A stretch of 42,209 bases of DNA, taken from the NCBI GenBank assembly GCA_001767945.1, contig MEMN01000233.1:1-42209 (forward strand). Reading direction: 5' to 3'. A program made the position numbers and the translations under genes. Shown in pieces: positions 25,731 to 35,350 of the stretch. The stretch is from Alphaproteobacteria bacterium RIFCSPHIGHO2_12_FULL_66_14 (lineage in GTDB: Bacteria; Pseudomonadota; Alphaproteobacteria; Reyranellales; Reyranellaceae). Every line of letters starts with the position of its first letter. Position 1 is the stretch's first letter. Below the pieces are notes generated by a model. The model made no database searches, had not been told where the DNA came from, and saw only the letters and a program-made list of their open reading frames with translations.

Positions 25731-26654
25731 TCAGCGCCGCCCGGTCGCCGCAAGGGCTGCCCGACCGGAGCGCGTCTGCGGGGCGCTGAGTTCCTCGACC
25801 AGCCATTCCTCGAAGGCACGCGTCTTGGGCCGGCCGACCGAGGCCGGCGGACACACGAACCACCACGCCTTGCCGCTGTCGACGATCTGCGGGAAGGGCT
25901 GGAACAGCCGGCCCGATGCCAGTTCCTCGCGGAAGAGTTGGGGAGGACCAAGAGCGACACCCGCGCCCTCCATTGCCGCCTCCACCGCGATCATCGTCGA
26001 ATCGAACGTGAGCACACGCTTGGGCTTGAAATCGCCCATGCCGACGGCGCGCAGCCAGATCGCCCATTCGGGATCGTAGGTCATGTCGATGAAGGGCACG
26101 CGCTTGAGATCTTCCAGGGTCTTCAACTTGTCGCGGTAGCGCCGGCCGCACAGCGGCGTCAGCACGTCACTGAACAGGCGCGTGGCGTGCACGTCGGCCT
26201 CAGGCTGCACGGTGAAGCGGATGGCACAGTCGAAATCCTCGCGCGCGAAGTCGATCCGCCGCTGGGTCGTCGTCATGCGGACCTCGATCTCGGGGTGCTT
26301 GGCCTGGAAGCGGTGCAGCCGCGGCGCCAGCCAGCCCAGCGCGAAGGTGGTCACCAGGCTGACGTTCAGCGTGCCGGAATTGGCCTTGCGGCCGACGCGC
26401 TCCAGCGCATTGGTCATGCGGTCGAAGGAGTCGCGCAGATCGGGCAGCAGCGCCGCGCCCTCGCTGGTGATCTCGAGCCCGCGCGGGCGGCGCACGAACA
26501 GTGCCACGCCGAGCCTTTCCTCCAGCGCCTTCACCTGATGGCTTACCGCAGCTTGGGTGACGTGCAGTTCCTCGGCGGCATGCGTGAAACTTGCGTGACG
26601 GGCGGCGGCTTCGAAGGCGCGAAGGGCGTTGAGTGGCAGCTGAGAGCGGCTCAT
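25731..26654 (-). CDS. LysR family transcriptional regulator (GcvA/AmpR-like)
   Basis: LPLNALRAFEAAARHASFTHAAEELHVTQAAVSHQVKALE HTH, plus WLAPRL and DCAIRF. Confidence 0.9.
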   Translation of the reverse strand: MSRSQLPLNALRAFEAAARHASFTHAAEELHVTQAAVSHQVKALEERLGVALFVRRPRGLEITSEGAALLPDLRDSFDRMTNALERVGRKANSGTLNVSLVTTFALGWLAPRLHRFQAKHPEIEVRMTTTQRRIDFAREDFDCAIRFTVQPEADVHATRLFSDVLTPLCGRRYRDKLKTLEDLKRVPFIDMTYDPEWAIWLRAVGMGDFKPKRVLTFDSTMIAVEAAMEGAGVALGPPQLFREELASGRLFQPFPQIVDSGKAWWFVCPPASVGRPKTRAFEEWLVEELSAPQTRSGRAALAATGRR

Positions 26655-26797
26655 TTAAGGCATGCGCACATAAATTTTCTATGCCTCCCCCGAGGTTTCA
26701 TCCTTTGTATCTGGAGGCATTATAGCGCAAATATATTGAAGAAACGAGGCACAAAGAGGCTCTTTCGAGTTCTCAACGCCTCAAACGGAGCTAAGTC

Positions 26798-27037
26798 ATG
26801 TCGACCCTGTCCAGCGTCCGGGCTTTCGCCCGTACCGATGCCCCCTCCTTCTCCCTCGGCCGCACTGTCGCGCTGTTGGCCGGTGCGGTTGTCGTTGGAA
26901 TCGAGGCCGTCATGACCCGAGCTGAGCTTGCCCGTTCGCGACGCCAGCTGGGGCAGCTCGACGAGCGCCTGCTGCGCGACATCGGGCTCGACCGGGGCAC
27001 GGCGCGCCATGAAGCCAGCAAAGGCTTCTGGGCCTAG
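26798..27037 (+). CDS. DUF1127 small protein
   Basis: 79 aa with RSRRQLGQLDERLLRDIGL and C-terminal EASKGFW. GGAG RBS. Divergent from a LysR gene. Confidence 0.88.
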   Translation: MSTLSSVRAFARTDAPSFSLGRTVALLAGAVVVGIEAVMTRAELARSRRQLGQLDERLLRDIGLDRGTARHEASKGFWA

Positions 27038-27109
27038 GGGAAGCCTGGGGCGGGAATTGCCGGCGGCAGCCGGATAGAGCAGGTTCGGTCATGGTGCTTT
27101 GATGGCGCC

Positions 27110-28231
27110 ATGACCCAACATCCTCTCTCGCTTCCCACCTTGGCTCTCGCCACGACCACCCTCCCCGATCCGGACACGAGCTGGCAGGCCCTCCTGCGGC
27201 GCGACCGGACGTTCAATGGCCGGTTCTGGTTCTCGGTCCGGTCGACCGGGGTCTATTGCCTGCCGTCCTGTGCCGCCCGGGCGCCACTGCGCCGCAACGT
27301 GGACTTCCACGCCTCGCCCGATGCTGCCGAGGCGGCGGGCTTCCGCGCCTGCAAGCGCTGCAAGCCACGCGACTGGCGGGCCGATCTCGGACTCAGCCAG
27401 CCCGTGGCCCGGGCCTGTGCGCTTTTCGACTCGGCCCTCGCCGACACGCCACCCTCGCTGGCGGCCGTGGCACGCCAGGTCGGGCTGTCGAGCGGGGCCC
27501 TCAGCAAGCGCTTCATCGCCGAACTGGGCGTGAACCCCCGCGACTGGCTGGCAGCGCGCAAGCGCCTGCGCTTCCGCAAGGCGCTGCGCAGCGGCGAGAC
27601 GGTGGCCGATGCGCTCTATGGCGCCGGATACGGCTCGCCCAGCCGCGTCTATGAGAGCAGCAACAAGACGCTGGGCATGACGCCGGCGACCTACGCACGG
27701 GGCGGCGCCGGCGCTCACATCGACTATACGACGGTCGATTCGGACTATGGCCGCGTGCTGGTGGCGACGACGCCAAAGGGCATCGCGGCGGTGTTCCTGG
27801 GCGACGACGACCGGGCGCTCGAGAAGTCCCTGCAGAACGACTTCCCGGCGGCCGAGATCGCGCGCAACGACCGCACGCTGGGCCCGCGCGTGAAAAGCGT
27901 GCTGGCCCGGCTTTATGGCCGCAAGCCGACCGCGCTCGACGCGCCCGACGTGCCGCTCGACATCATGGGCACGGCCTTCCAGTGGAAGGTGTGGAAAGCA
28001 CTGACCGAAATCCCGGCCGGCCAGACCCGAACCTACGGCGAAATCGCCCGGAGAATCGGCGAACCCAAGGCGGCGCGCGCCGTCGGCCGGGCCTGCGCCA
28101 CCAACCAGGCGGCGATCGTCATTCCCTGCCATCGCGCCGTTGGCGCCGACGGATCGCTCACCGGCTATCGCTGGGGCGTGACGCGCAAGGAGCGGCTCCT
28201 CGCCGAGGAACGCCGGCGCAGCAGCACGTAG
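27110..28231 (+). CDS. ada: Bifunctional transcriptional activator / O6-methylguanine-DNA methyltransferase Ada
   Basis: Zn motifs CLPSC and FRACKRC, an AraC-like HTH, and active site IPCHR. Confidence 0.93.
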   Translation: MTQHPLSLPTLALATTTLPDPDTSWQALLRRDRTFNGRFWFSVRSTGVYCLPSCAARAPLRRNVDFHASPDAAEAAGFRACKRCKPRDWRADLGLSQPVARACALFDSALADTPPSLAAVARQVGLSSGALSKRFIAELGVNPRDWLAARKRLRFRKALRSGETVADALYGAGYGSPSRVYESSNKTLGMTPATYARGGAGAHIDYTTVDSDYGRVLVATTPKGIAAVFLGDDDRALEKSLQNDFPAAEIARNDRTLGPRVKSVLARLYGRKPTALDAPDVPLDIMGTAFQWKVWKALTEIPAGQTRTYGEIARRIGEPKAARAVGRACATNQAAIVIPCHRAVGADGSLTGYRWGVTRKERLLAEERRRSST

Positions 28232-28716
28232 AACGCGCCACTGCCGCCATGGTGCGGGTGCGCGGGGCGGACGCTGCGCACCCGGGCGCGATTATCGGCA
28301 CGATTGAGCCAACCGATGAACTCGGCCCGGATGCGACCGCCAACCAGGCGGCCGCCTTCCTCGCGCAGGCCCTTGCCCGTGACGACCAGGACAATCCGGA
28401 AATCCCGATCGGCCGCCCGCTCGAGAAAGTGACCGACGGCGCGTTCGGCTGCGGCCAGGGTCATGCCGTGCAGATCGAGGGTCGCCTCGGGGGCGAGCTT
28501 GCCGCGCGACAGGGCGCGGGCGACGTCGCGGTCGAAGCTCTTGTCGTCGGCGTGGAGCTCCGGCTCGACCGGCGCGACCGGCAGTCGCTTCGCCGGCAGC
28601 GGTCTGGCCGCCGGTGGCGCGGCCTTGACCGCAGCGGCGTGCGCAAGGCGGCGCCGGCCGTCGAGCGGCTTCACATCGGCCATCGCCGCCGAGAACAATC
28701 CCGCGTCCTTGACCAT
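28165..28716 (-). CDS. Smr/MutS2-domain protein
   Basis: LDLHGMT, VLVVTGKG and HGGSGAFYVLL motifs. Start uncertain. Confidence 0.85.
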   Translation of the reverse strand: MVKDAGLFSAAMADVKPLDGRRRLAHAAAVKAAPPAARPLPAKRLPVAPVEPELHADDKSFDRDVARALSRGKLAPEATLDLHGMTLAAAERAVGHFLERAADRDFRIVLVVTGKGLREEGGRLVGGRIRAEFIGWLNRADNRARVRSVRPAHPHHGGSGAFYVLLRRRSSARSRSLRVTPQR

Positions 28717-28763
28717 GGCGTTTGGTGTAGCCTTGGCCGTGGGGCGGGTCTACACAGCGCGCC

Positions 28764-30110
28764 ATGGCCCTGCCTTCCTCCACCCCGGCGCCTCAGCCCG
28801 ATCCGGATCTCCAGACTGGCCTGCAATATCTGCGCGCCGGATGGTTCGACCGTGCCGAGCCGTTGTTTCGTGCCGCCCTCGGCCGCCATGGCGAGCGGCC
28901 CGACATTCTGCACTATCTCGCGGTCTGCCTGTCGCAGCGCGGCGCGCTCGACGACGCCGAGGCGCTGTGGCGCAAGGCCCTGGCCAAGGACCCGAACGAG
29001 CCGATGCTGTCCTACAATCTCGGCCTGGTGGCGCGCCGGCAGGGCCGCCTCGACGAGGCGGCCCGACGTTTTCGCGATACGATCCGCCGGACGCCGGCCC
29101 ATGTCGAGGCGCGGCTGGCGCTTGCCTCCATTTATTTGGATATGGCCCGTTTCGCCGCTGCCGAACGCGAGCTGGTCGAATTCGTCAGCAACGTCGACCG
29201 GGCGATCCACGAGCACGACGGCGAGGCGCTGAAGCCGCTCCAGGCGCGGGCCCGCAACATGCTCGGCTACGCGCTCTACCGCATGGGGCATTTTTCCTCG
29301 GCGCTCGAAGTCCTCGACATGGCCATGATCGATGCCGGCGAGGACACCGCCCGCCGTGGCCAGATCCTGGGCGACCGGGCGCTCGCCCTGGGCGGCCTCG
29401 GCCATTTCGACGAGGCCATTGCCGAGGCCGGCCGCGCCCTCGAGTTCGCGCCGGAGAGCGCCTCCCTCAATCACGTCATGGGCTTCGTGCTTTACCATGC
29501 GGGGCGGCCCACCGACGCGGTCGCGCCGATCCGGCGGGCGCTGGAACTCGATCCCACCTTCGCAGCGGCGCTCAAAACCCTTGCCCTGGCCCAGGCTGCT
29601 GCCGGCAAAGGCGACGAAGCCGTCGACCTGCTGCACCAGGCGCTGCGCGCAAATCCAGGCGACCGCGACGCAGTTCTGCAGCTTTCCAACCTGCACATCG
29701 AGCACCAAAGATTCGCCGAGGCTCTGGAAACCCTCGGCGCCCACCTGAAGGCCGCTCCCGACGACGTGCAGGCGCTGAACAACCAGGGGCTCGCCCTCCG
29801 GGGGCTCAAGCGCCTCGAGGAGGCGCGACGCGCACTGAAGCGGGCGTCACGGCTGGCAAGCGACGACCCGCTGGTGCTGACCAACCTCGGCCGCGTGCTG
29901 GTCGATCTCGGCCGGGCCGCCGAAGCGCGGCCGCTGCACGAACATGCATTGCGCGGACTGCCGGGCGATTCGCGGTTGCTGGCCCACTATGGCGCCTGCC
30001 TCGTGGTGCTGGGGGAACGCGACAAGGCCCGTGAAACCCTGGATGCCGCCCTGGCGGCCAATCCCGACAACGCCGAGGCCCTGGCGGCACGGACCGGCCT
30101 GGACGCATGA
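28764..30110 (+). CDS. Tetratricopeptide repeat protein
   Basis: TPR-pattern repeats along the whole length (YNLG, NMLG, NNQG, TNLG). Confidence 0.82.
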   Translation: MALPSSTPAPQPDPDLQTGLQYLRAGWFDRAEPLFRAALGRHGERPDILHYLAVCLSQRGALDDAEALWRKALAKDPNEPMLSYNLGLVARRQGRLDEAARRFRDTIRRTPAHVEARLALASIYLDMARFAAAERELVEFVSNVDRAIHEHDGEALKPLQARARNMLGYALYRMGHFSSALEVLDMAMIDAGEDTARRGQILGDRALALGGLGHFDEAIAEAGRALEFAPESASLNHVMGFVLYHAGRPTDAVAPIRRALELDPTFAAALKTLALAQAAAGKGDEAVDLLHQALRANPGDRDAVLQLSNLHIEHQRFAEALETLGAHLKAAPDDVQALNNQGLALRGLKRLEEARRALKRASRLASDDPLVLTNLGRVLVDLGRAAEARPLHEHALRGLPGDSRLLAHYGACLVVLGERDKARETLDAALAANPDNAEALAARTGLDA

Positions 30111-30121
30111 GGGACGGGGAC

Positions 30122-30820
30122 ATGAGCACGGGCGCCGACCGCCTGGCCGAAGTTCGCGGGCGAATCGAGGCCGCCGCCCGAAGTGCCGGCCGCGATCCGA
30201 CGGACGTCACCCTGGTCGCCGTCTCCAAGACCCATGGCGCCGACCGCGTCCGCGAGATGCTCGAGGCCGGTCAGCGCGTGTTCGGCGAGAACCGCGTCCA
30301 GGAAGCGCAGGAGAAGTTCCCGGCGCTCAAGTCCGCCTGTCCCGACATCGAACTGCACCTGATCGGACCGCTGCAGACCAACAAGGCCCGGGACGCGGTG
30401 ATGCTGTTCGATGTCATCCAGTCGGTCGATCGCCAGAGGATCGCGGCGGCACTCGCCAAGGAAATGGCCCATGTCGGCCGCCGGCCGGCCTGCTTCATCC
30501 AGGTCAATACCGGCGAAGAGCCGCAGAAGGCGGGCGTGGCGCCGGCCGATGTCGATGCCTTCGTCGCCGCCTGCCGCGACATCCACAAGCTGCCGGTCGT
30601 CGGATTGATGTGCATCCCGCCGGTCGACGAGGAGCCGGCCCTGCACTTTGCGCTGCTGGGCAAGATCGCCGCGCGCAACGGCTTGCCCAAGATCAGCATG
30701 GGCATGAGCGCCGACTATGAGATGGCAGTGAAGCTGGGCGCCACCCATGTCCGGGTCGGCAGCGCGCTGTTCGGCGCACGCCCGCCGCTGGAGACCGCAG
30801 CGCCGGAGACCCATGCCTGA
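30122..30820 (+). CDS. yggS: YggS family PLP-binding protein
   Basis: LVAVSK, FGENRVQE, HLIGPLQTNK, GLMCIPP, SMGMSAD and VRVGSALFG motifs. Start is 30122 or 30107. Confidence 0.92.
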   Translation: MSTGADRLAEVRGRIEAAARSAGRDPTDVTLVAVSKTHGADRVREMLEAGQRVFGENRVQEAQEKFPALKSACPDIELHLIGPLQTNKARDAVMLFDVIQSVDRQRIAAALAKEMAHVGRRPACFIQVNTGEEPQKAGVAPADVDAFVAACRDIHKLPVVGLMCIPPVDEEPALHFALLGKIAARNGLPKISMGMSADYEMAVKLGATHVRVGSALFGARPPLETAAPETHA

Positions 30821-31652
30821 ACTGCCCGAGGTCGAGACCGTCCGGCGCGGCCTCGTCCCCCGGCTGGTCGGGCGGCGCATCGTCCGCCTGCTGCAGCACC
30901 GCCGCGATTTGCGCGTGCCGCTGCCGGCGCAATTCGCCAAACGGGTCGAGGGTCGCACGGTCCGGGCCATCGACCGACGGGCGAAGTACCTGCTGATTCG
31001 CCTGGATGACGGCAAGACCCTGATCGCCCATCTCGGCATGTCCGGCCGCATGACGCTGCACGATGCCGCGAGCGCCGCCCAGCACCCCTTCGACCGGCAT
31101 GACCATGTGGTCTTCGAAACCGACGAGGGCTGGCAGGTCCGCTTCAACGATGCCCGCCGCTTTGGCCTGATGCTGCTGGCCACCGACGAGGCGGTGCCCA
31201 GGCACAAGCTCTTCAAGGGACTGGGGCCGGAGCCGCTGGGAGACGATTTCGACGGCGCCGTGCTGGCAGCGCGACTGAAAGGGCGCCGCACGCCCATAAA
31301 GGCCGCCCTGCTCGACCAGAAGACCCTGGTCGGCGTCGGCAACATCTACGCCTGCGAAGCGCTGTTCCTGGCCGGCATCTCGCCCCGCCGCCTGGCGCAT
31401 ACGGTGCAAGGCGCGCGCGCCGAGCGTCTGGTGGCCGCGATCAAGAAGGTCCTCCACCGATCGATCGAGGACGGTGGTTCGACGCTACGCGACCACGTCC
31501 AGCCGGGCGGTGAACTCGGATATTTTCAGACGCGTTTCAATGTCTACGACCGCGCCGGCATCGCCTGCCCGACCCGCGGCTGCGGCCGGACGGTGCGGCG
31601 GCTCGTGCAGGCCGGCCGGTCGACCTTCTATTGCGCCCATTGCCAGCGCTAG
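30813..31652 (+). CDS. mutM: Formamidopyrimidine-DNA glycosylase
   Basis: N-terminal PELPEVET, RRAKY, HLGMSG, GVGNIY and a C-terminal Zn finger. Confidence 0.96.
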   Translation: MPELPEVETVRRGLVPRLVGRRIVRLLQHRRDLRVPLPAQFAKRVEGRTVRAIDRRAKYLLIRLDDGKTLIAHLGMSGRMTLHDAASAAQHPFDRHDHVVFETDEGWQVRFNDARRFGLMLLATDEAVPRHKLFKGLGPEPLGDDFDGAVLAARLKGRRTPIKAALLDQKTLVGVGNIYACEALFLAGISPRRLAHTVQGARAERLVAAIKKVLHRSIEDGGSTLRDHVQPGGELGYFQTRFNVYDRAGIACPTRGCGRTVRRLVQAGRSTFYCAHCQR

Positions 31653-31683
31653 CTAAGAGCGGCGCCATACCCGGGAGGACGCA

Positions 31684-32466
31684 GTGGCTGCCGCATACGA
31701 AAACATCCTGACCGAAACCAAGGGCCGCGTCGGAATCATCCGGCTCAACCGGCCGAAGGCATTGAACGCGCTGTGCGCCGACCTGGTCCGCGAACTGGGT
31801 CAGGCGCTCGACGGCTTCGAGGCCGATCCCGGCATCGGCTGCATGGTGCTGACCGGCAGCGACAAGGCCTTCGCGGCTGGCGCCGACATCAAGGAGATGA
31901 AGGACAAGTCCTACCAGGACGTTTTCCTGCAGGACTTCATCACGGTCGGCTGGGAAAAGGTGAGCCAGGTCCGCAAGCCGATCGTGGCCGCGGTGGCGGG
32001 CTACGCGCTGGGCGGCGGCTGCGAGATGGCCATGATGTGCGACTTCATCATCGCCGCCGACAACGCCAAATTCGGCCAGCCCGAGATCACGCTCGGAACC
32101 ATTCCCGGTGCCGGCGGCACCCAGCGCCTGCCGCGCTTCATCGGCAAGTCGAAGGCCATGGACCTCGTGCTGACCGGTCGCATGATGGACGCCGTGGAGG
32201 CCGAGCGCTGCGGTCTGGTCAGCCGGGTCGTGCCGCTGGCCGAGTTGATGGCCGATGCGCTTGCCACGGCCGAGAAGATCGCGGGTCTCTCGCTGCCCGC
32301 CACGATGGTCGCCAAGGAGGCGGTCAACCGGGCCTTCGAGACGACGCTGGCCGAGGGCGTTCGCTTCGAACGGCGCACCTTCCATGCCACCTTCGCCTTC
32401 GACGACCGGGCGGAGGGAATGGCGGCCTTCGCCGAGAAGCGCAAAGCAGGCTGGAAACACCGCTGA
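31684..32466 (+). CDS. Enoyl-CoA hydratase
   Basis: [23 protein letters not shown] and PGAGGTQRL motifs. Position between mutM and rpsT is typical of alphaproteobacteria. Confidence 0.92.
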   Translation: MAAAYENILTETKGRVGIIRLNRPKALNALCADLVRELGQALDGFEADPGIGCMVLTGSDKAFAAGADIKEMKDKSYQDVFLQDFITVGWEKVSQVRKPIVAAVAGYALGGGCEMAMMCDFIIAADNAKFGQPEITLGTIPGAGGTQRLPRFIGKSKAMDLVLTGRMMDAVEAERCGLVSRVVPLAELMADALATAEKIAGLSLPATMVAKEAVNRAFETTLAEGVRFERRTFHATFAFDDRAEGMAAFAEKRKAGWKHR

Positions 32467-32485
32467 TTGGGTGGTTTTGGCGCGC

Positions 32486-32514
32486 TTGACCGGTCCCCAT
32501 GCGGCCCGTATAAG
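32486..32514 (+). promoter_or_regulatory. sigma70 promoter of rpsT
   Basis: TTGACC-N17-TATAAG. Confidence 0.72.
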
Positions 32515-32540
32515 CCCGCCCTTCGAGCAACGAGGACTAG

Positions 32541-32804
32541 ATGGCTAATCACAAGTCGGCCCAGAAGCGCGCCCGCCAGACCGAGACCCGCACCGCCGTG
32601 AACACGGCGCGCCGCAGCCGCGTGCGCGGCTCGGTCAAGAAGGTCGAAGAGGCGATCGCCGCCGGCGACAAGAAGGCGGCCCAGGAAGCGTTGCGCGCGG
32701 CGCAGCCGGAGATCCAGCGCGGCGCGATCAAGCGCATCGTGACCAAGAATGCCGCGGCGCGGCGCGTGTCGCGTCTCTCGGCGCGCATCAAGGCGATGGC
32801 CTGA
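32541..32804 (+). CDS. rpsT: 30S ribosomal protein S20
   Basis: 87 aa, [13 protein letters not shown] through [11 protein letters not shown]. Confidence 0.97.
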   Translation: MANHKSAQKRARQTETRTAVNTARRSRVRGSVKKVEEAIAAGDKKAAQEALRAAQPEIQRGAIKRIVTKNAAARRVSRLSARIKAMA

Positions 32805-32831
32805 TCCGCTCTGCCGTCTTCCGTGGACATG

Positions 32832-32863
32832 AACGCCGCTCGAACGAGCGGCGTTTTCTTTTT
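32832..32863 (+). terminator. Rho-independent terminator after rpsT
   Basis: AACGCCGCTC-gaac-GAGCGGCGTT followed by TTCTTTTT. Confidence 0.82.
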
Positions 32864-33382
32864 GCCGGCGCCTCCTCCCGCGACGGAACAGCAAAAAAAA
32901 TCGCGCGCATTCGACGAAGAACATTTGGTCGCCAATTGGGCGAACGACATACGATTCGCGTTTATCGCATCGCGTGAGCGCGCGGGCGCTAGATATTGAG
33001 CGCTGCCGTGCGCATCGTGCGGCAGAAAATCGAATCATCCGCGTTGTCAATCGAGTCACGCGAAGAACAGTCTGAATAGCGTGTGACGTTCGTCGCTGAA
33101 TCGTTTGCGCTCGTCATCGGGTCTGCTAAGAGTCCGTTCATCGCGACGGGGCGTGGGGCGCTGGAACGCGAGCCAAGGCGGAGACGGGGGGCTTCCTCTT
33201 CGCCAAAGACGAACGAGGGAGAGAGCCGCAGCGTTTTTGCATCAGCGATGATCGAAAGATGAAGCGTCCCGACAACGACGCTCACCCGGAATTCTTCGTC
33301 GCTCCTGCCGCGCTGTTTGTCTTCCCGTCGATCGTTGGCTCGAGGTTCGACGCCCCGCCTCGACAAATGAAAAGCGGGGGCC

Positions 33383-33847
33383 ATGTCGAAAGACAACAAG
33401 ATTGCCGGCACGTACGAAGTGTCCCCCGCAGCCGGCTATGCCGGCGACGTGGTGCCGGCGACCGCCTGGAAAATCCTCAGCGAACACAAGGATGCGATGC
33501 TGGTCGACGTACGCACGCGGCCCGAATGGAATTTCGTCGGCCTGCCCGACCTCGAACCGCTGGCGAAGAAGCCGGCGCTGATCGAGTGGCAGGTCTTCCC
33601 GAGCATGCAGCTCAATCCGGACTTCGTGACGGCGCTTTCGGGCGCGCTCGCGGACAAGGACGCGCCGCTGCTTTTCCTGTGCAGGAGTGGAGCCCGATCG
33701 GCCGCGGCGGCGAAAGCCATGACCGCGGCCGGCTACAGTACATGTCTCAATGTAGCGGACGGCTTCGAAGGGCCCCTGAATGCCGAGGCCAAGCGCGGCT
33801 CGGCAGGGGGATGGAAGGCAGCGGGACTTCCGTGGAGACAAACGTGA
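33383..33847 (+). CDS. Rhodanese-like domain protein (sulfurtransferase)
   Basis: LVDVRTRPEWNFVG, active-site loop CRSGARS, GFEG and GWKAAGLPW. Confidence 0.88.
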   Translation: MSKDNKIAGTYEVSPAAGYAGDVVPATAWKILSEHKDAMLVDVRTRPEWNFVGLPDLEPLAKKPALIEWQVFPSMQLNPDFVTALSGALADKDAPLLFLCRSGARSAAAAKAMTAAGYSTCLNVADGFEGPLNAEAKRGSAGGWKAAGLPWRQT

Positions 33848-35328
33848 ACCGAATCCAATCGCCGATTTCAGGCAATAACGATGCAGCGTACGATAAGAAG
33901 AGCGTGGCGGGGACCGAGATGGATGAAATTGCGGGCCGCAAGGAGCTCGAGGCGCATTGGGTGCGCGTCTGCGATCGGCTTCGCAAGGAAATCGGCGACA
34001 AGGCCTTCAAGACCTGGTTCGGCGAGGTCGAGCTGGGCGAGCTGAAGGCCGGCAAGCTTCGTCTCTACGCCCCCACGCGATTCGTCCGCGACTGGGTCGG
34101 CCGCCATTATGGCGACCGCGTGCTCGCCTATTGGCAGGCCGTGGCGCCGGATGTGAAGAGCGTCGAGGTGAACCTCGTGCCGCCGCCGGCACCGCGCCGG
34201 CCCAACGAGATCATCGCCGTCCCGCCGGTGCCGTCGTCGCAGAACTACCAGCCGCCGATGCCGCGCATGGGGCCGTCGATCGGCCGCGGCGGCGACGAGG
34301 CCTTCTCCGGCCCGGAGGCGCGCTACACATTCGCCAACTTCGTGGTCGGCAAACCCAACGAATTCGCCTATGCCGCGGCCCGCAATATCGCCGAACAGGA
34401 CCGGCCGCTGCCGGAACGCAACCCGCTCTATATTTTCGGCGGCGTCGGCCTCGGCAAGACCCATCTGATGCATGCCGTCTGGCACGCCATCCGCGAGCGC
34501 GACCCCAAGACCCGCGTGCTCTACCTGACGGCCGAAAGCTTCGTGAACCGCTTCATCCAGGCGCTGCGCACCAAGAACACCGGCCAGTTCAAGGAGCTGT
34601 TCCGCAATGTCGACGTCCTGATGGTCGACGACGTGCAGTTCATCTGCGGCAAGGAAGCCAGCCAGGACGAATTCTTCTTCACTTTCAATTCGCTGGTCGA
34701 GCAGAACAAGCAGATCGTGCTGTCCTCGGAGAAGCCGCCGAGCGAGCTGCAGGACATCGAGGAGCGCATGCGCTCCAGGCTGGGCAGCGGGCTGGTGGCC
34801 GACATCCATTCGTCGACCTACGAGCTGCGGCTCAGCATCCTGCAGACCAAGGCCGAGACCGCCCGCGTGCCGGTGCCGACCGCGGTGCTGGAGTTCCTCG
34901 CGCACAAGATCAGCACCAACATCCGCGAGCTCGAGGGCGCGCTCAACCGGGTCGTGGCGCACGGCCAGCTGATCGGCCGCGAGATCACCGTCGAGATGGC
35001 GCAGGACGTGCTGCACGACCTGCTGCGCCAGGCCGACCGCAAGGTCACCGTCGACGAGATCCAGCAGCGGGTGGCCGCGCACTACAACATCAAGCTCGCC
35101 GAGATGAGTTCGCCCCGGCGCGCCCGGTCAGTCGCGCGCCCGCGCCAGGTGGCGATGTATCTCGCCAAGCAGCTCACCACGCTCAGCCTGCCGCAGATCG
35201 GCAAACGCTTCGGCAATCGCGACCACACCACGGTCATGCACGCCGTACGCAAGATCGAGGAACTCAAGATCTCGGACCTGTCGATTGCAGAAGATGTCGA
35301 ATTGCTCAAGCGGCAGTTGCAGGGCTGA
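33844..35328 (+). CDS. dnaA: Chromosomal replication initiator DnaA
   Basis: YTFANFVVG, Walker A GGVGLGKT, VDDVQF, RELEGAL, RPRQVAMYL and RDHTTVMHA. Start is GTG 33844 (coupled to the rhodanese stop) or ATG 33919. Confidence 0.96.
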   Translation: MNRIQSPISGNNDAAYDKKSVAGTEMDEIAGRKELEAHWVRVCDRLRKEIGDKAFKTWFGEVELGELKAGKLRLYAPTRFVRDWVGRHYGDRVLAYWQAVAPDVKSVEVNLVPPPAPRRPNEIIAVPPVPSSQNYQPPMPRMGPSIGRGGDEAFSGPEARYTFANFVVGKPNEFAYAAARNIAEQDRPLPERNPLYIFGGVGLGKTHLMHAVWHAIRERDPKTRVLYLTAESFVNRFIQALRTKNTGQFKELFRNVDVLMVDDVQFICGKEASQDEFFFTFNSLVEQNKQIVLSSEKPPSELQDIEERMRSRLGSGLVADIHSSTYELRLSILQTKAETARVPVPTAVLEFLAHKISTNIRELEGALNRVVAHGQLIGREITVEMAQDVLHDLLRQADRKVTVDEIQQRVAAHYNIKLAEMSSPRRARSVARPRQVAMYLAKQLTTLSLPQIGKRFGNRDHTTVMHAVRKIEELKISDLSIAEDVELLKRQLQG

Positions 35329-35350
35329 CAAATTCCCAGCCGGGACTGTG

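Noticed and set aside
27038-27109. Cuckoo-like sRNA after the second DUF1127 gene
   Set aside because: There are no C/U-loop hairpins or terminator; the 72 bp lead directly into ada.
33259-33843. 689-aa DnaA with a long N-terminal extension
   Set aside because: The extension overlaps the rhodanese gene in another frame and has no DnaA-like features.
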